From contig JBGTBN010000050.1 in NCBI GenBank assembly GCA_041749375.1, forward strand, positions 6,789 to 70,788: a DNA stretch of 64,000 nucleotides, read 5' to 3'. The translations under genes were made by a program, and so were the position numbers. Shown in pieces: positions 37,160-46,773 of the stretch. This DNA comes from Spirochaetota bacterium (GTDB lineage Bacteria > Spirochaetota > UBA4802 > UBA5550). Below the pieces are notes generated by a model. It was not told the DNA's origin. It was given only the letters and a program-made list of their open reading frames with translations, and ran no database searches. Position 1 is the stretch's first letter, and every line of letters starts with the position of its first letter.

Positions 37160-38713
37160 ATGAAGATTATCACGTGTATAACCGTTTTGCTGCTTCTCGT
37201 ATCCCTGGCTTCCTGCTCGAAAAACGGGAAGAAGGAAAAAGAGCCCAACAATTCCTTTGCCACTGCGGGTGACATTTCCCTGGACGCCAGGTTCACGGGA
37301 TTTATGGATACCCCCAATGACAGGGACTTTTATCGGCTTATCATTGATAAACCCGGCGTAATCGACGTGAACTGCTCGGGTGTCAAGGGAATCAACCTTG
37401 CCGTGAAAGTATGGAAAGGCGAGGAGGAGCCCAGGCTTTTAAAATGGATCGATGATAACAGAAAGTCATCGCCGGAGCGGCTGGGCAACCTGGGCGTTAT
37501 CCCGGGCACCTACTATTTCGAGATTCTGCAGAGCGACAGGGACACGAGAAAATCAAGCACCGAGTCGTCCTACGAGCTCGAGCTGAAAAGCAGGGAGGCC
37601 ATTTCCGAGGAATCAGAGCCGAATGACTCGAAGGACGAGGCCGATAGCCTCCGCCAGGACAACGAGATAACCGGCTATTTCTCCCCGGCCTATAACCGCA
37701 TGAATGAAAATACTGAGAACCTTCACCGCGAGGAGGACTGGTACGTTGTGGATGTCGCGCTCGGTTCCGACACGCCCGCGCTGATCACCGTCTCCCTTTC
37801 GGGAGTGACAGAAATCAATTCAATTCTCTCACTGTACGATGAGAACGATACACTCATATCAACGTCCGATAACGGCGGCACGGGCGAGCCGGAGTCGATT
37901 ACAGGGGCCGGTATCCAGAAATCCGGCAGCTATTATATAATTGTCGCCTCGAAGGGATATGCCGCGAACAACGACGAGCCCTATACGCTCAAGGTCACGA
38001 TGCTCGAGCGTGATGCGGGAGCGGAGATGGAGAAGAATGACGATTTTGATTCCGCCAACGGGATCGTGAACAATGTCATTACCGGAAAAATAAACTCCCG
38101 GAAGGACCGTGACCTGTTCCTTTGCACGGTAACCAGGCCTTCAGCCTACAGGATAGAACTGAGACCGGCGGATGACATGGACACTATATGCTCGATCTAC
38201 AATATAAACCAGGAAAAAATAATCGACATCAATAACGCCGGCTCAGGGAAGAAGGAGACGTACCCCAATTATTTCTCCGATAAAGATTTTTACATAGAGG
38301 TCACGATGCGCTCGCGTGATTCACTGCCGACCGGTGAATATGTTCTCTCGGTGACACCTCTTGAAGAGAATGAAAGCATGGAGCGCGAGCCAAACAATGA
38401 CGTGCCGCAGGCCAATGGACTAAAAGCGAAAACGATATCAGGGTACACTTCGTTCAAGGGGGATAAGGACTACTTCAAGCTGTCCTATGATTCCCGCGTT
38501 AAGGACCGGTTCGAGGTGCGAGGCGCCCGCGGCGGCGAGATACGGGTCTCCGTGACTGACCCGCTGGGGTATATAACCAAAACGGTCGATGTCAAGGGCG
38601 AGAAAAAGGTCATATTCAGCGAGATGATTGACAAAAAAGGCTACATCATCGTGGAGTCGGTAACCGAGAGCTATGATTATCCATACACGATAAACCTGCG
38701 AGGTGGAGAATGA
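37160..38713 (+). CDS. Lipoprotein made of four PPC (pre-peptidase C-terminal)-like repeats, with no catalytic domain
   Basis: The lipobox is LVSLASCS. Four modules each start with EPNNSF / EPNDSK / EKNDDF / EPNNDV and contain DRDFYRL / EDWYVVDV / DRDLFLC / DKDYFKL. Confidence 0.8.
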   Translation: MKIITCITVLLLLVSLASCSKNGKKEKEPNNSFATAGDISLDARFTGFMDTPNDRDFYRLIIDKPGVIDVNCSGVKGINLAVKVWKGEEEPRLLKWIDDNRKSSPERLGNLGVIPGTYYFEILQSDRDTRKSSTESSYELELKSREAISEESEPNDSKDEADSLRQDNEITGYFSPAYNRMNENTENLHREEDWYVVDVALGSDTPALITVSLSGVTEINSILSLYDENDTLISTSDNGGTGEPESITGAGIQKSGSYYIIVASKGYAANNDEPYTLKVTMLERDAGAEMEKNDDFDSANGIVNNVITGKINSRKDRDLFLCTVTRPSAYRIELRPADDMDTICSIYNINQEKIIDINNAGSGKKETYPNYFSDKDFYIEVTMRSRDSLPTGEYVLSVTPLEENESMEREPNNDVPQANGLKAKTISGYTSFKGDKDYFKLSYDSRVKDRFEVRGARGGEIRVSVTDPLGYITKTVDVKGEKKVIFSEMIDKKGYIIVESVTESYDYPYTINLRGGE

Positions 38714-39174
38714 AGCACGCTGTACCTGTAGCGGCACTATGCATGTCGGTCCTGCTGTTCGTCGGATGCGCGACGACCGACTCAACGGGTGAGAAAACCA
38801 TCACCTACAAGAAACCCGATGAGTATAATTTTCGGTTCACAGGACTCGATACGGAGATTGACGATCCCTCAAAAGACCGGCGGTCGTATTACAAGATATT
38901 CATCGACAAGGCGGAGGAGGGCAGGACAACCACGGGCCTTGAGTCGCAGGAAAAATCGTGCGACGCGAGACTGCAGCCGAACCGCCACCTTGTAACAGTG
39001 GAAAAGTGGGTACTGGATCAGAGATCGGGCCGATACATCAAGCTTAACAACATTGAGCAGCCCAAGCCGAATTACGTTTATTTCGATCTTCCTGAAGACA
39101 GGATCGTTGTCATCGAGATGAAGACCCTCAGGGACGGCACAACCGAATTCGTGGTCGGTTACGAGCGCAGATAA
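38710..39174 (+). CDS. Hypothetical lipoprotein, translationally coupled (ATGA overlap) to the PPC-repeat gene
   Basis: MKHAVPVAALCMSVLLFVGCATTDS is a lipobox signal. I recognised no other motif. Confidence 0.6.
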   Translation: MKHAVPVAALCMSVLLFVGCATTDSTGEKTITYKKPDEYNFRFTGLDTEIDDPSKDRRSYYKIFIDKAEEGRTTTGLESQEKSCDARLQPNRHLVTVEKWVLDQRSGRYIKLNNIEQPKPNYVYFDLPEDRIVVIEMKTLRDGTTEFVVGYERR

Positions 39175-39194
39175 ACGGGTGGTATGGCACAATT

Positions 39195-39229
39195 AAAAAA
39201 AGGGCGAGGCCATCCGGCCCCGCCCTTTC
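39195..39229 (-). terminator. Intrinsic terminator (bidirectional hairpin; T7 on the minus strand)
   Basis: The stem GGGCGAGGCC-atcc-GGCCCCGCCC (39202..39225) is flanked by A7 on the plus strand, which reads as T7 for the minus-strand gene. Confidence 0.7.
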
Positions 39230-39233
39230 CGTG

Positions 39234-40268
39234 TCAGTCTAAATAGCCGGTGTCCGGCTTCTCCTTTTTGGAAACCTTGCTGGCGTAGAAGCGCTTGGCC
39301 ACCGCAAATGGTATTTCGTAATCCTGGCGGGCGTTCCACATGATGTAGCCCTTGATGCCGGAATCATGCACCGCCTGCAACTGGTCCTGTATATACTTAT
39401 CATAAGGGATGCCGGCCATTTTCATTTTGAACGCCTGGATATATGATACGATCATGGCGTTCTTGGCCCTCAATTTGGCCTGGGTCGATGTCACGTGCAC
39501 GGTGTAGTACGGGTCGGCGTAGAACTTTTTGCTCCAGGTGTAGTGGGAGGGGTAGGCCATGGGGCATATCAGGTCAACGACCTTGTCCAGGCTTTCCATG
39601 TTCTGGCCGATGATATCGTTTTTATTCAGGGGAATCCTTCCGAAGACGTCAGCGGCAATCCTGGCATTGTATTTCTTGATCCGCGCCCGCGCGCTGATGA
39701 TGAAGTCCTCGACAAACTTATACCGCTGGCCGTATGTCAGGTGCCTGGTGCTCCCCGAATCATGGAACCTGATGTAATCGAACTGGATCTCGGTGAATCC
39801 ATTTTTGCAGGCATCTTCGGCTATGGCAATACGGTCCTGGAGATAGCTCTGCGGTACGGGAAAGCTCCTGAGGCCGTCGGGGAAGACCACGATGCGGGCT
39901 ATGGGATGAATGCCGTTTTCCCTGCAGTATTTGACGTGGGAAGCGGGCACCATGCATTTTACGTTTTTTGCGCTCTGTACATCGAGCACCATGGCATTTA
40001 TGTTGGCGGCTTTCGCCTTTGCGACCAGGCCCTTGAGCTTCTCGAAATTATTCGCTGACGATACGGTCAGGTAAATCCCACGGTAGAAATCTGGAAACCT
40101 GTGCGTGGTTTCGCCGGTTTGGGAATCTTCGTTATTTGTCTTAAAAAATTGTGCGACCACTATCGAATCATGGGCGTCGCTGAGGCGGGAGTTGAATATT
40201 TTGAATGGCAGATTGCCTACTAGTAAAAAACCGCCTGTAAGCAACAGTAACATGCCAATTTTTTTCAT
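39234..40268 (-). CDS. Secreted putative glycoside hydrolase (DUF4015-like TIM barrel)
   Basis: GFTEIQFDYIRFHD and ICPMAYPSHY match, from memory, the FDYIRFP / PMVYPSH signature of the DUF4015 family. The signal peptide is MKKIGMLLLLTGGFLLVG. GAGG RBS precedes ATG 40268. Confidence 0.7.
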   Translation of the reverse strand: MKKIGMLLLLTGGFLLVGNLPFKIFNSRLSDAHDSIVVAQFFKTNNEDSQTGETTHRFPDFYRGIYLTVSSANNFEKLKGLVAKAKAANINAMVLDVQSAKNVKCMVPASHVKYCRENGIHPIARIVVFPDGLRSFPVPQSYLQDRIAIAEDACKNGFTEIQFDYIRFHDSGSTRHLTYGQRYKFVEDFIISARARIKKYNARIAADVFGRIPLNKNDIIGQNMESLDKVVDLICPMAYPSHYTWSKKFYADPYYTVHVTSTQAKLRAKNAMIVSYIQAFKMKMAGIPYDKYIQDQLQAVHDSGIKGYIMWNARQDYEIPFAVAKRFYASKVSKKEKPDTGYLD

Positions 40269-40510
40269 GGATAACCTCACAATGAATTATTACTGGATAT
40301 AACTAATTATTGCTACTAATAAGTAAAAGAGTTTTTTCACACGCCCATAAAAAATGCCACGGTTATGTTCTTGTAAACACTCCAGTTTCTTCTCAGACAT
40401 AATATCATTATATTACAGCTGTAATCCGCGACAGGTAACCATCGGGCTGGAGGTTAGAAACGTTCCATAACCTTGTATAGATATCTTTATATTAAATATC
40501 GACATGAATG

Positions 40511-40567
40511 TATAAGATTTAATATTTTTATAGACATTTCTGGTAAAAATTATAAATAAATCTTATA
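40511..40567. repeat. 11-bp perfect inverted repeat TATAAGATTTA / TAAATCTTATA with a 35-nt AT-rich spacer
   Basis: The arms lie at 40511..40521 and 40557..40567, inside the 490-nt AT-rich intergenic region upstream of dnaG. A TTGACG hexamer follows at 40573. Confidence 0.6.
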
Positions 40568-40770
40568 AGCTATTGACGCAAATGCTATTTTTTATTATCT
40601 ATAATAGTAAAAGTATTCAAAATCTGCACCACAATTTCGCAGGGATACCCCAATAAGGATTCCGTAGAAAAGACCGGTTATTACAGTGTCTCGGTGTGTA
40701 ACCGGGCATATTTTAACCATTTTCAGTAATTAATGAGTCGGTGCAAGAATAAATTCTTTACGGTGCTACT

Positions 40771-42540
40771 TTGTATATTCAACCTGAAACACTTGATCTG
40801 ATACGAAGCAGGGTTGTCATTCAGGATGTTATCAGGCGGTATGTCCCCTCACTGAAGAAAAAAGGCAAGAACTACCTGGGCCTGTGTCCCTTCCACAAGG
40901 AAAAGACGCCTTCATTCACCGTTTCACCTGACAAGCAGATTTTCTATTGCTTCGGCTGTCACACCGGCGGCAACATCTTCAACTTCATCGGTAAAATGGA
41001 GCGGCTGGAATTTCCGGAGAGCGTCAGGTTCGTTGCGGACATGGTCGGGGTTGAGTTGCGGGACGAGAAACGTGGTGACACCTCATTCAACGAGGCCCTC
41101 TTCCGGTTGAACAAAATGGCAATGGAGCAGTTCCGTGCCTGCATCAAGTCGCCGGCAGGCAAGAAGGGACTGGCGTATATAACAGCGCGGGGGATAACCC
41201 CCGAAAGCATGGAGCGGTTCGGCATCGGGTTCGCACCTGATTCATGGGACTTCCTGTCGCGGAACCTTATCAAGTCGAAACGGGACGCGGAGCTCGCAGA
41301 GAGCCTCGGGCTGATCAGGACGAGCCAGACCAGGGCCAACAGCCATTACGACAATTTCCGGAACCGTGTCATGTTTCCCATATACGACATCGCGGGCAAT
41401 GTTATCGCGTTCGGCGGAAGGACCATCGGTGACGATACCCGCAAGTATATCAATTCATCGGAATCGGCCATATTCAAAAAGAGGAGCATACTTTACGGGT
41501 TGAACCTGGCGCGGGAATCGATCAAGGACCTGGACCGCGCCATCGTCGTTGAGGGGTACCTGGATGTGATCGGATGCCACCAGGCGGGCCTGGAAAACGT
41601 GGTGGCCCCGCTCGGGACGGCGATAACGGACGAGCAGATCAAGATGCTGGGACATTATTGCAATGAGATCATCTTCATGTACGACGCCGATACGGCCGGC
41701 ATGAAGGCGGCAGTGCGCTCCCTCGACATCACGGAGGAGACGAATATCAATGTAAGGATCGCCATGCTTCCCGAGGACGACCCGTTTGATTATATCATGA
41801 AGAAGGGCCCCAGGGAATTCATTGCGATCGTGGACAAGGCCGTAATCCCCGTCGAGTTCAGGATAGACCGTATCATGGACAATTTCCCGGCGCTCGGGCG
41901 GGTGAACACACTGCTTAACCTGTTCAGCGTAATACGTGAATTGAAGCTCGAGACCGAGAGAAGCGTGTATCTGAAGAAAATCAGCACCCTGCTTGAGGTG
42001 GACGAAAACTCGGTGCGCGCCGACTTTAAAAACTATCTGCTCAAGCAACAACCTCATAAATCCGGAAATACACAAATATCAAAAAGTGATCAGTCTGATA
42101 TTTCGACCAGGAGTTACCGGGATATAACCCGCCTGGTGTGCCAGTCTCCGAAGTTGATTGAGAAAGTGGTCATTGATTATCCCATAAACGATATACCCGA
42201 TGCCATATCGCGGGAAATACTGAAAAAGATATCTGAATTGTATTACAATGATCCTGAATTTACCATTGATAAAATATTTGACTTTTTCCAGAATGGCCGG
42301 GAAATGGATTTTTTAAATGAAATCGTCAATGCCGAGCATTCCGTGATAAACCCGGACGCAGCGTATACTGAAATTTATATCAACATGAAAGTGCGGGAGA
42401 TTGACGATAAAATAGATAAGTATCATGCGCTTCTCAAGTCTTCTGCCGGTGTAAACGCCAACATGTATCTAACGGAAATAGAAGTGTTGCGCAGGGAAAA
42501 GGAAAAAATGCTTCATTATGTCTATAACAAGGTCTCCTGA
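40771..42540 (+). CDS. dnaG: DNA primase
   Basis: The zinc ribbon is CPFHKEKTPSFTVSPDKQIFYCFGCHTGGNIFNF and the TOPRIM block is VVEGYLDVI ... DADTAG. The start is TTG. Confidence 0.92.
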   Translation: MYIQPETLDLIRSRVVIQDVIRRYVPSLKKKGKNYLGLCPFHKEKTPSFTVSPDKQIFYCFGCHTGGNIFNFIGKMERLEFPESVRFVADMVGVELRDEKRGDTSFNEALFRLNKMAMEQFRACIKSPAGKKGLAYITARGITPESMERFGIGFAPDSWDFLSRNLIKSKRDAELAESLGLIRTSQTRANSHYDNFRNRVMFPIYDIAGNVIAFGGRTIGDDTRKYINSSESAIFKKRSILYGLNLARESIKDLDRAIVVEGYLDVIGCHQAGLENVVAPLGTAITDEQIKMLGHYCNEIIFMYDADTAGMKAAVRSLDITEETNINVRIAMLPEDDPFDYIMKKGPREFIAIVDKAVIPVEFRIDRIMDNFPALGRVNTLLNLFSVIRELKLETERSVYLKKISTLLEVDENSVRADFKNYLLKQQPHKSGNTQISKSDQSDISTRSYRDITRLVCQSPKLIEKVVIDYPINDIPDAISREILKKISELYYNDPEFTIDKIFDFFQNGREMDFLNEIVNAEHSVINPDAAYTEIYINMKVREIDDKIDKYHALLKSSAGVNANMYLTEIEVLRREKEKMLHYVYNKVS

Positions 42541-42631
42541 GGACGGACGCACGGTCTGCCCTGCGGCCTGACGCCAGGGACGTATCACATCGTTACTGAT
42601 GGTTAATTATAAATAAGGATAGGATTACGAC

Positions 42632-44401
42632 ATGAGTAAAAAAGAGATGACACTGGATGCCGTTCCAGAAGTCAAAAAGTTGATCGAGCTGGGCAAGCAG
42701 AATGGCGAAGTAACATATGACGAGATCAACGATGTTCTTCCCGACAAACTGCTGAATTCCGAGAAAATCGATGACGTGTTCATCCTGCTCAACCAGCTGG
42801 GGATAGAGGTGGTCGAGGAGTCGACCAGGAAGGACCAGTCCCTGCCCGGGGTGCGCAAAAAGAGCGCCACGTCGGCGAAAAAAAGCCTCTCCACCCAGAC
42901 GGAAACCTCTCATGTCGACGATCCGATCCGACTATACCTCAAGGAGATCGGGAAAGTTTCCCTGCTCTCCGGTGACCAGGAAGTCGATCTGGCGAAGCGA
43001 ATAGAGGAAGGCGAGATCCTCATCGAGGAAACGGTGTATAACTCGACCCTCCTCATCAATGACCTGATAAAGAACTATTCCAAGATAAAAAGCGGCAAGA
43101 TCAAGCTCACCGACGTGCTCAAGGTGAACCGGCTCTACTATTTTTCATCGGTCGACCTGGACAAGCTGGAAAAGAAGTTCCATGAGACGATGAAAGTGAT
43201 CATCGAAGAAGACAACAAGATGCTGCAGTTGGGCAACAAGCTCAAGAAGGTCGATCCTGAATCCAAGAAGGCGGAAGAGTTCAAGGAAAAGATCGAGATG
43301 TCGCGGGCAACCATCCGCAAGACGATCAGGCACCTCGAGATCAATGATAACGAGGTGAACAAGCTTTCGGTAAAGATCAAGTCGATGGTGGCCAGAATAC
43401 AGGAGACCTACGAGTTTTTCACCGAGATGGAGAACAAGTACCTCAAGGACCTGAAAGACCTCAAGCACCTCGCGAGAAAGCTGGAAAAGGGCGAAACCAT
43501 CACCAAGATCGTGCGCGAGCTCGGCCTTAAGAACAAGGACGAGCTCCTCGACGTCATAAAGAACGTCCGGAACAACGAGCGCAAGATCCGGAGGATAGAG
43601 CAGGAAGCGGGTGCCACGGCCGACGATATCATGGCCTGGGGCCAGCAGATCACCTCGGGCCAGAAGAAGATATCGGTGGCCAAGAAGGAGCTGATCAACG
43701 CGAACCTCCGTCTCGTGGTCTCCATCGCGAAGAAATATGCCAACCGCGGCATGCATTTTTTTGACCTGATTCAGGAAGGCAACATTGGGCTCATCAAGGC
43801 CGTTGACAAGTTCGAATACAAGAAAGGATACAAGTTTTCCACGTACGCCACCTGGTGGATACGGCAGGCCATAACGCGCGCGATCTCCGACCAGGCGCGG
43901 ACCATCCGTGTCCCGGTCCACATGATCGAGCAGATCAACAAGGTCATGCGCGAAACCAGGCTGTTCCAGCAGGAGTTCGGACGCGAACCGAGCCCCGAGG
44001 AGCTGTCTGACCGCCTCGGGTGGGTCGTCGGGAAGGTCAAGGCGGTGAAAAACGTCGCCCGCGAGCCGATTTCCCTCGAGACGCCGGTTGGCGAGGAAGA
44101 GGACTCCCTCCTGGGCGATTTCATCGAGGACAAGGAGGTCGATTCGCCGGCCAACACGGCCGCCTACCGGCTCCTCTCAGAGCAGATAAACACTGTGCTC
44201 TCGACGCTGCCCGCGCGTGAACAGAAAGTCATCCGGATGAGGTTCGGGCTCGATGACGGGTATTCGCATACCCTCGAGGAAGTGGGCTACGTCTTCAAGG
44301 TTACCAGGGAGCGGATCAGGCAGATCGAGGCGAAAGCCCTGCGCCGGCTCCGCCATCCCACCCGCGCGCGTAAGCTGAAAGACTATCTGGATCACATGTA
44401 A
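42632..44401 (+). CDS. rpoD: RNA polymerase primary sigma factor
   Basis: Region 2 is [62 protein letters not shown]. Region 4 is [30 protein letters not shown]. Confidence 0.97.
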   Translation: MSKKEMTLDAVPEVKKLIELGKQNGEVTYDEINDVLPDKLLNSEKIDDVFILLNQLGIEVVEESTRKDQSLPGVRKKSATSAKKSLSTQTETSHVDDPIRLYLKEIGKVSLLSGDQEVDLAKRIEEGEILIEETVYNSTLLINDLIKNYSKIKSGKIKLTDVLKVNRLYYFSSVDLDKLEKKFHETMKVIIEEDNKMLQLGNKLKKVDPESKKAEEFKEKIEMSRATIRKTIRHLEINDNEVNKLSVKIKSMVARIQETYEFFTEMENKYLKDLKDLKHLARKLEKGETITKIVRELGLKNKDELLDVIKNVRNNERKIRRIEQEAGATADDIMAWGQQITSGQKKISVAKKELINANLRLVVSIAKKYANRGMHFFDLIQEGNIGLIKAVDKFEYKKGYKFSTYATWWIRQAITRAISDQARTIRVPVHMIEQINKVMRETRLFQQEFGREPSPEELSDRLGWVVGKVKAVKNVAREPISLETPVGEEEDSLLGDFIEDKEVDSPANTAAYRLLSEQINTVLSTLPAREQKVIRMRFGLDDGYSHTLEEVGYVFKVTRERIRQIEAKALRRLRHPTRARKLKDYLDHM

Positions 44402-44455
44402 GAGGCCGGCGTTGCGGCCGGAACTGATAGTGACATCCCGGTAAAACGCGAGTAC

Positions 44456-46756
44456 GTGATGGACCAGATCAAGAAAGTGGCCATTATCGGTGCAGGATCA
44501 TGGGGCACCGCGGTGGCGAAGGACATAGCGGAATCCAAGCCGCATATATCTGTACATATCTGGGCGTACGAGAAATCGGCCGTATTGTCCATCAATGAAT
44601 CGTGCGAGAACGCCGAGTTCCTGCCGGGGATCAAACTCCCTCCGAACATAACCGCTACGAACAGCATGAAAGACGCGGTAGAGGACGCCCAGGCGGTTAT
44701 TCTCGCGCCCCCCTCGAAAGTCGTGTATGACATCTCCCTGAAGCTTTCCGGTCTGATCACCGGCGACGTGGCCGTCGGCTTCCTGACCAAGGGGTTCTGC
44801 AAGATACAGAACGAAGTCTTTACCATATCCCAGGCGATCGAGCGGGCGATCCCCGCCCTTGAGGGAAAAGTCGTCGCTATTTCCGGTCCGAGCCACGCGG
44901 AGGAGGTCTCGCGCCGCTACCACACCTGTCTGAGCGTGGGCGGGCAGTACGCGGAAACGCGGACAGCAATGGCGCATCTGCTCGATTCGGAATACGTTCA
45001 GTGCCGGGAAACGGAGGACATCCGGGCAGTCGAGGTGGGGGGGACGCTTAAAAACCCGGCAGCCATAGCGGCCGGCATGATCAGCGCGCTGCCGCGGTGC
45101 GGCGATAATCTCGCCGGGGCCCTCATCTCCGAGGCGCTGCGCGAGATGGTCAGCCTCGGCGAGCTCTTCGGCATCAAGCCGGAGCGCATGATGGACATCT
45201 CGGGCCTTGGCGACCTGGTCGCGACCTCCCTGAGCGTCCACAGCCGCAACAGGCGGTTCGGGAGCGACATCGCCGCACAAATCATGAAGAAGGGCTCGAC
45301 GCTCAACCTGCTGGACCGCATCGTTCTGCGACTCAGACCGGAGAGCGTTATCGAGCGGATGAGCGAGAAGTTTCACTATCTCGCGGAGGGCGCGTATGCC
45401 ATCGAGCCGCTCATCGAGCTTGCGGAATCGAAAGGCGTGTCCATCCCGGTTTACCGCGCCCTGTACGAGGTGCTCCTGAACAAGAAGGACCCGTCCCTCC
45501 TGGTCGAGACAATCAAGAACCCTGACCGCTTCGACGAGCTCTATTTCAGCACGAAGATCCAGATATCCGGAAAGAAGAAGGGGCTGGAGAAGATCAGGGG
45601 CAGGGCGTTCCGGGAGCTCATAACCGCGAGGACGGCTGAAGAACTGCAGGCAAGGGAAAAGAGCAGGCTTGCGGCGTATTCGCCGGATGAGATCATGAAC
45701 CTCCTGAGAAAGGTCCGCGGCGCCGGCAGGGACCGGATCGGTCATGGGGAAGCGCGATTGATCGAAGGGATCTCGCTGGATAACTACAACGAGACAGTCA
45801 GGGCCCTCTCGGAAATATACGCGGGCGAAGTAACCGACAATTATTCAACGGCCTTCAAGTGGGCCTATTTCCTTTTCCTCGGCGCCTTCGGTTTCATAAA
45901 CATGTTCAGGAAACGGCGCGGGAAGATCACCGTATCCGGAAGGCTCGACGAGATTCGCAAGGCCGGCAAACAGGCCACTGTGCTCTACGTATCGGGTCTC
46001 GCTTCCCCGTTTGATTCTCTCCTTGCGGCCCTTACGATATTCAGAAAAGGCCTGCCGTTCCCGCGGTTCTTCATCAGCGCCGAGGCGGCGTCTACGATGA
46101 ATGCCCTGCTGCTGAAGCTGTGCGGCGGGTTTATCGTCGATACTTCGCGTCTCGGGAACCCGGTGTACCGCGAGGTCATACGGCAGTACCTCTCGATCAT
46201 TGCTGGCCACGGGGTGCCGCTCCTCTACGTCATTGACAGTATGACCGGCGGTGAGGAGTTCTTCTCCGCCGTCACGGATTCCGTCTACAAGCATGGGATA
46301 GAGCTCGCGATCGTCCCGGTCGAGCTGTCGTATCTGAGGAAACCGGCCGGCCTTGACCTCGGTATTACCGGCGTGAGCGGCATGATGGCAAATGTGGTGC
46401 ACCTGAATTTCTCACGGCCGATATTTGTTTCGGAATACACGCGCGTGCCGCACATGATCGAAGGGCTTCCCGGCATTATCGCCGGGATATGGGAAAAGGA
46501 GAAGAAGGTGTTTCCCCACTATGTGCTGTGCGCAATCCTCAGGGACAGGGGCTATTCAGTCAGGCTGGGCGACCTCGCGGGCCTGGTAAAGGGCTACCTC
46601 ACCCGTTCTGCGCGGAGCCATGACTACGGGCCGTCAAAGCTCACGCGGAAGGGCCTGCGTTTCCTGGAAAACAACAGCATCATACGCATTGAGAACGGCA
46701 TGATAACCGTTACCGACAAGGAGTCGCTTTCCTATTACGCGGACAGGATTTCCTGA
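44456..46756 (+). CDS. gpsA: Fusion protein: NAD(P)H-dependent glycerol-3-phosphate dehydrogenase (GpsA) plus a PlsB/GPAT-like acyltransferase-fold domain lacking the HX4D histidine
   Basis: The N-terminus is KKVAIIGAGSWGTAVAKDIA ... GGTLKNPAAIAAGM (GpsA). The C-terminal ~300 aa is collinear with GPAT blocks I-IV, but block I reads GLASPFD (L, not H, at 45998..46000). Confidence 0.85.
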   Translation: MMDQIKKVAIIGAGSWGTAVAKDIAESKPHISVHIWAYEKSAVLSINESCENAEFLPGIKLPPNITATNSMKDAVEDAQAVILAPPSKVVYDISLKLSGLITGDVAVGFLTKGFCKIQNEVFTISQAIERAIPALEGKVVAISGPSHAEEVSRRYHTCLSVGGQYAETRTAMAHLLDSEYVQCRETEDIRAVEVGGTLKNPAAIAAGMISALPRCGDNLAGALISEALREMVSLGELFGIKPERMMDISGLGDLVATSLSVHSRNRRFGSDIAAQIMKKGSTLNLLDRIVLRLRPESVIERMSEKFHYLAEGAYAIEPLIELAESKGVSIPVYRALYEVLLNKKDPSLLVETIKNPDRFDELYFSTKIQISGKKKGLEKIRGRAFRELITARTAEELQAREKSRLAAYSPDEIMNLLRKVRGAGRDRIGHGEARLIEGISLDNYNETVRALSEIYAGEVTDNYSTAFKWAYFLFLGAFGFINMFRKRRGKITVSGRLDEIRKAGKQATVLYVSGLASPFDSLLAALTIFRKGLPFPRFFISAEAASTMNALLLKLCGGFIVDTSRLGNPVYREVIRQYLSIIAGHGVPLLYVIDSMTGGEEFFSAVTDSVYKHGIELAIVPVELSYLRKPAGLDLGITGVSGMMANVVHLNFSRPIFVSEYTRVPHMIEGLPGIIAGIWEKEKKVFPHYVLCAILRDRGYSVRLGDLAGLVKGYLTRSARSHDYGPSKLTRKGLRFLENNSIIRIENGMITVTDKESLSYYADRIS

Positions 46757-46773
46757 CCGGCTTCCCCCGCAAC

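Noticed and set aside
40281-40770. Replication origin hypothesis for the long AT-rich region beside dnaG
   Set aside because: I found no TTATCCACA-like DnaA boxes on either strand, and no dnaA or dnaN nearby. AT-richness alone is insufficient.
44498-45745. A 415-aa minus-strand ORF inside the gpsA fusion gene
   Set aside because: It is a high-GC shadow frame with a low-complexity Arg/Leu/Pro-rich translation and no motifs. The plus-strand frame has unmistakable GpsA motifs.
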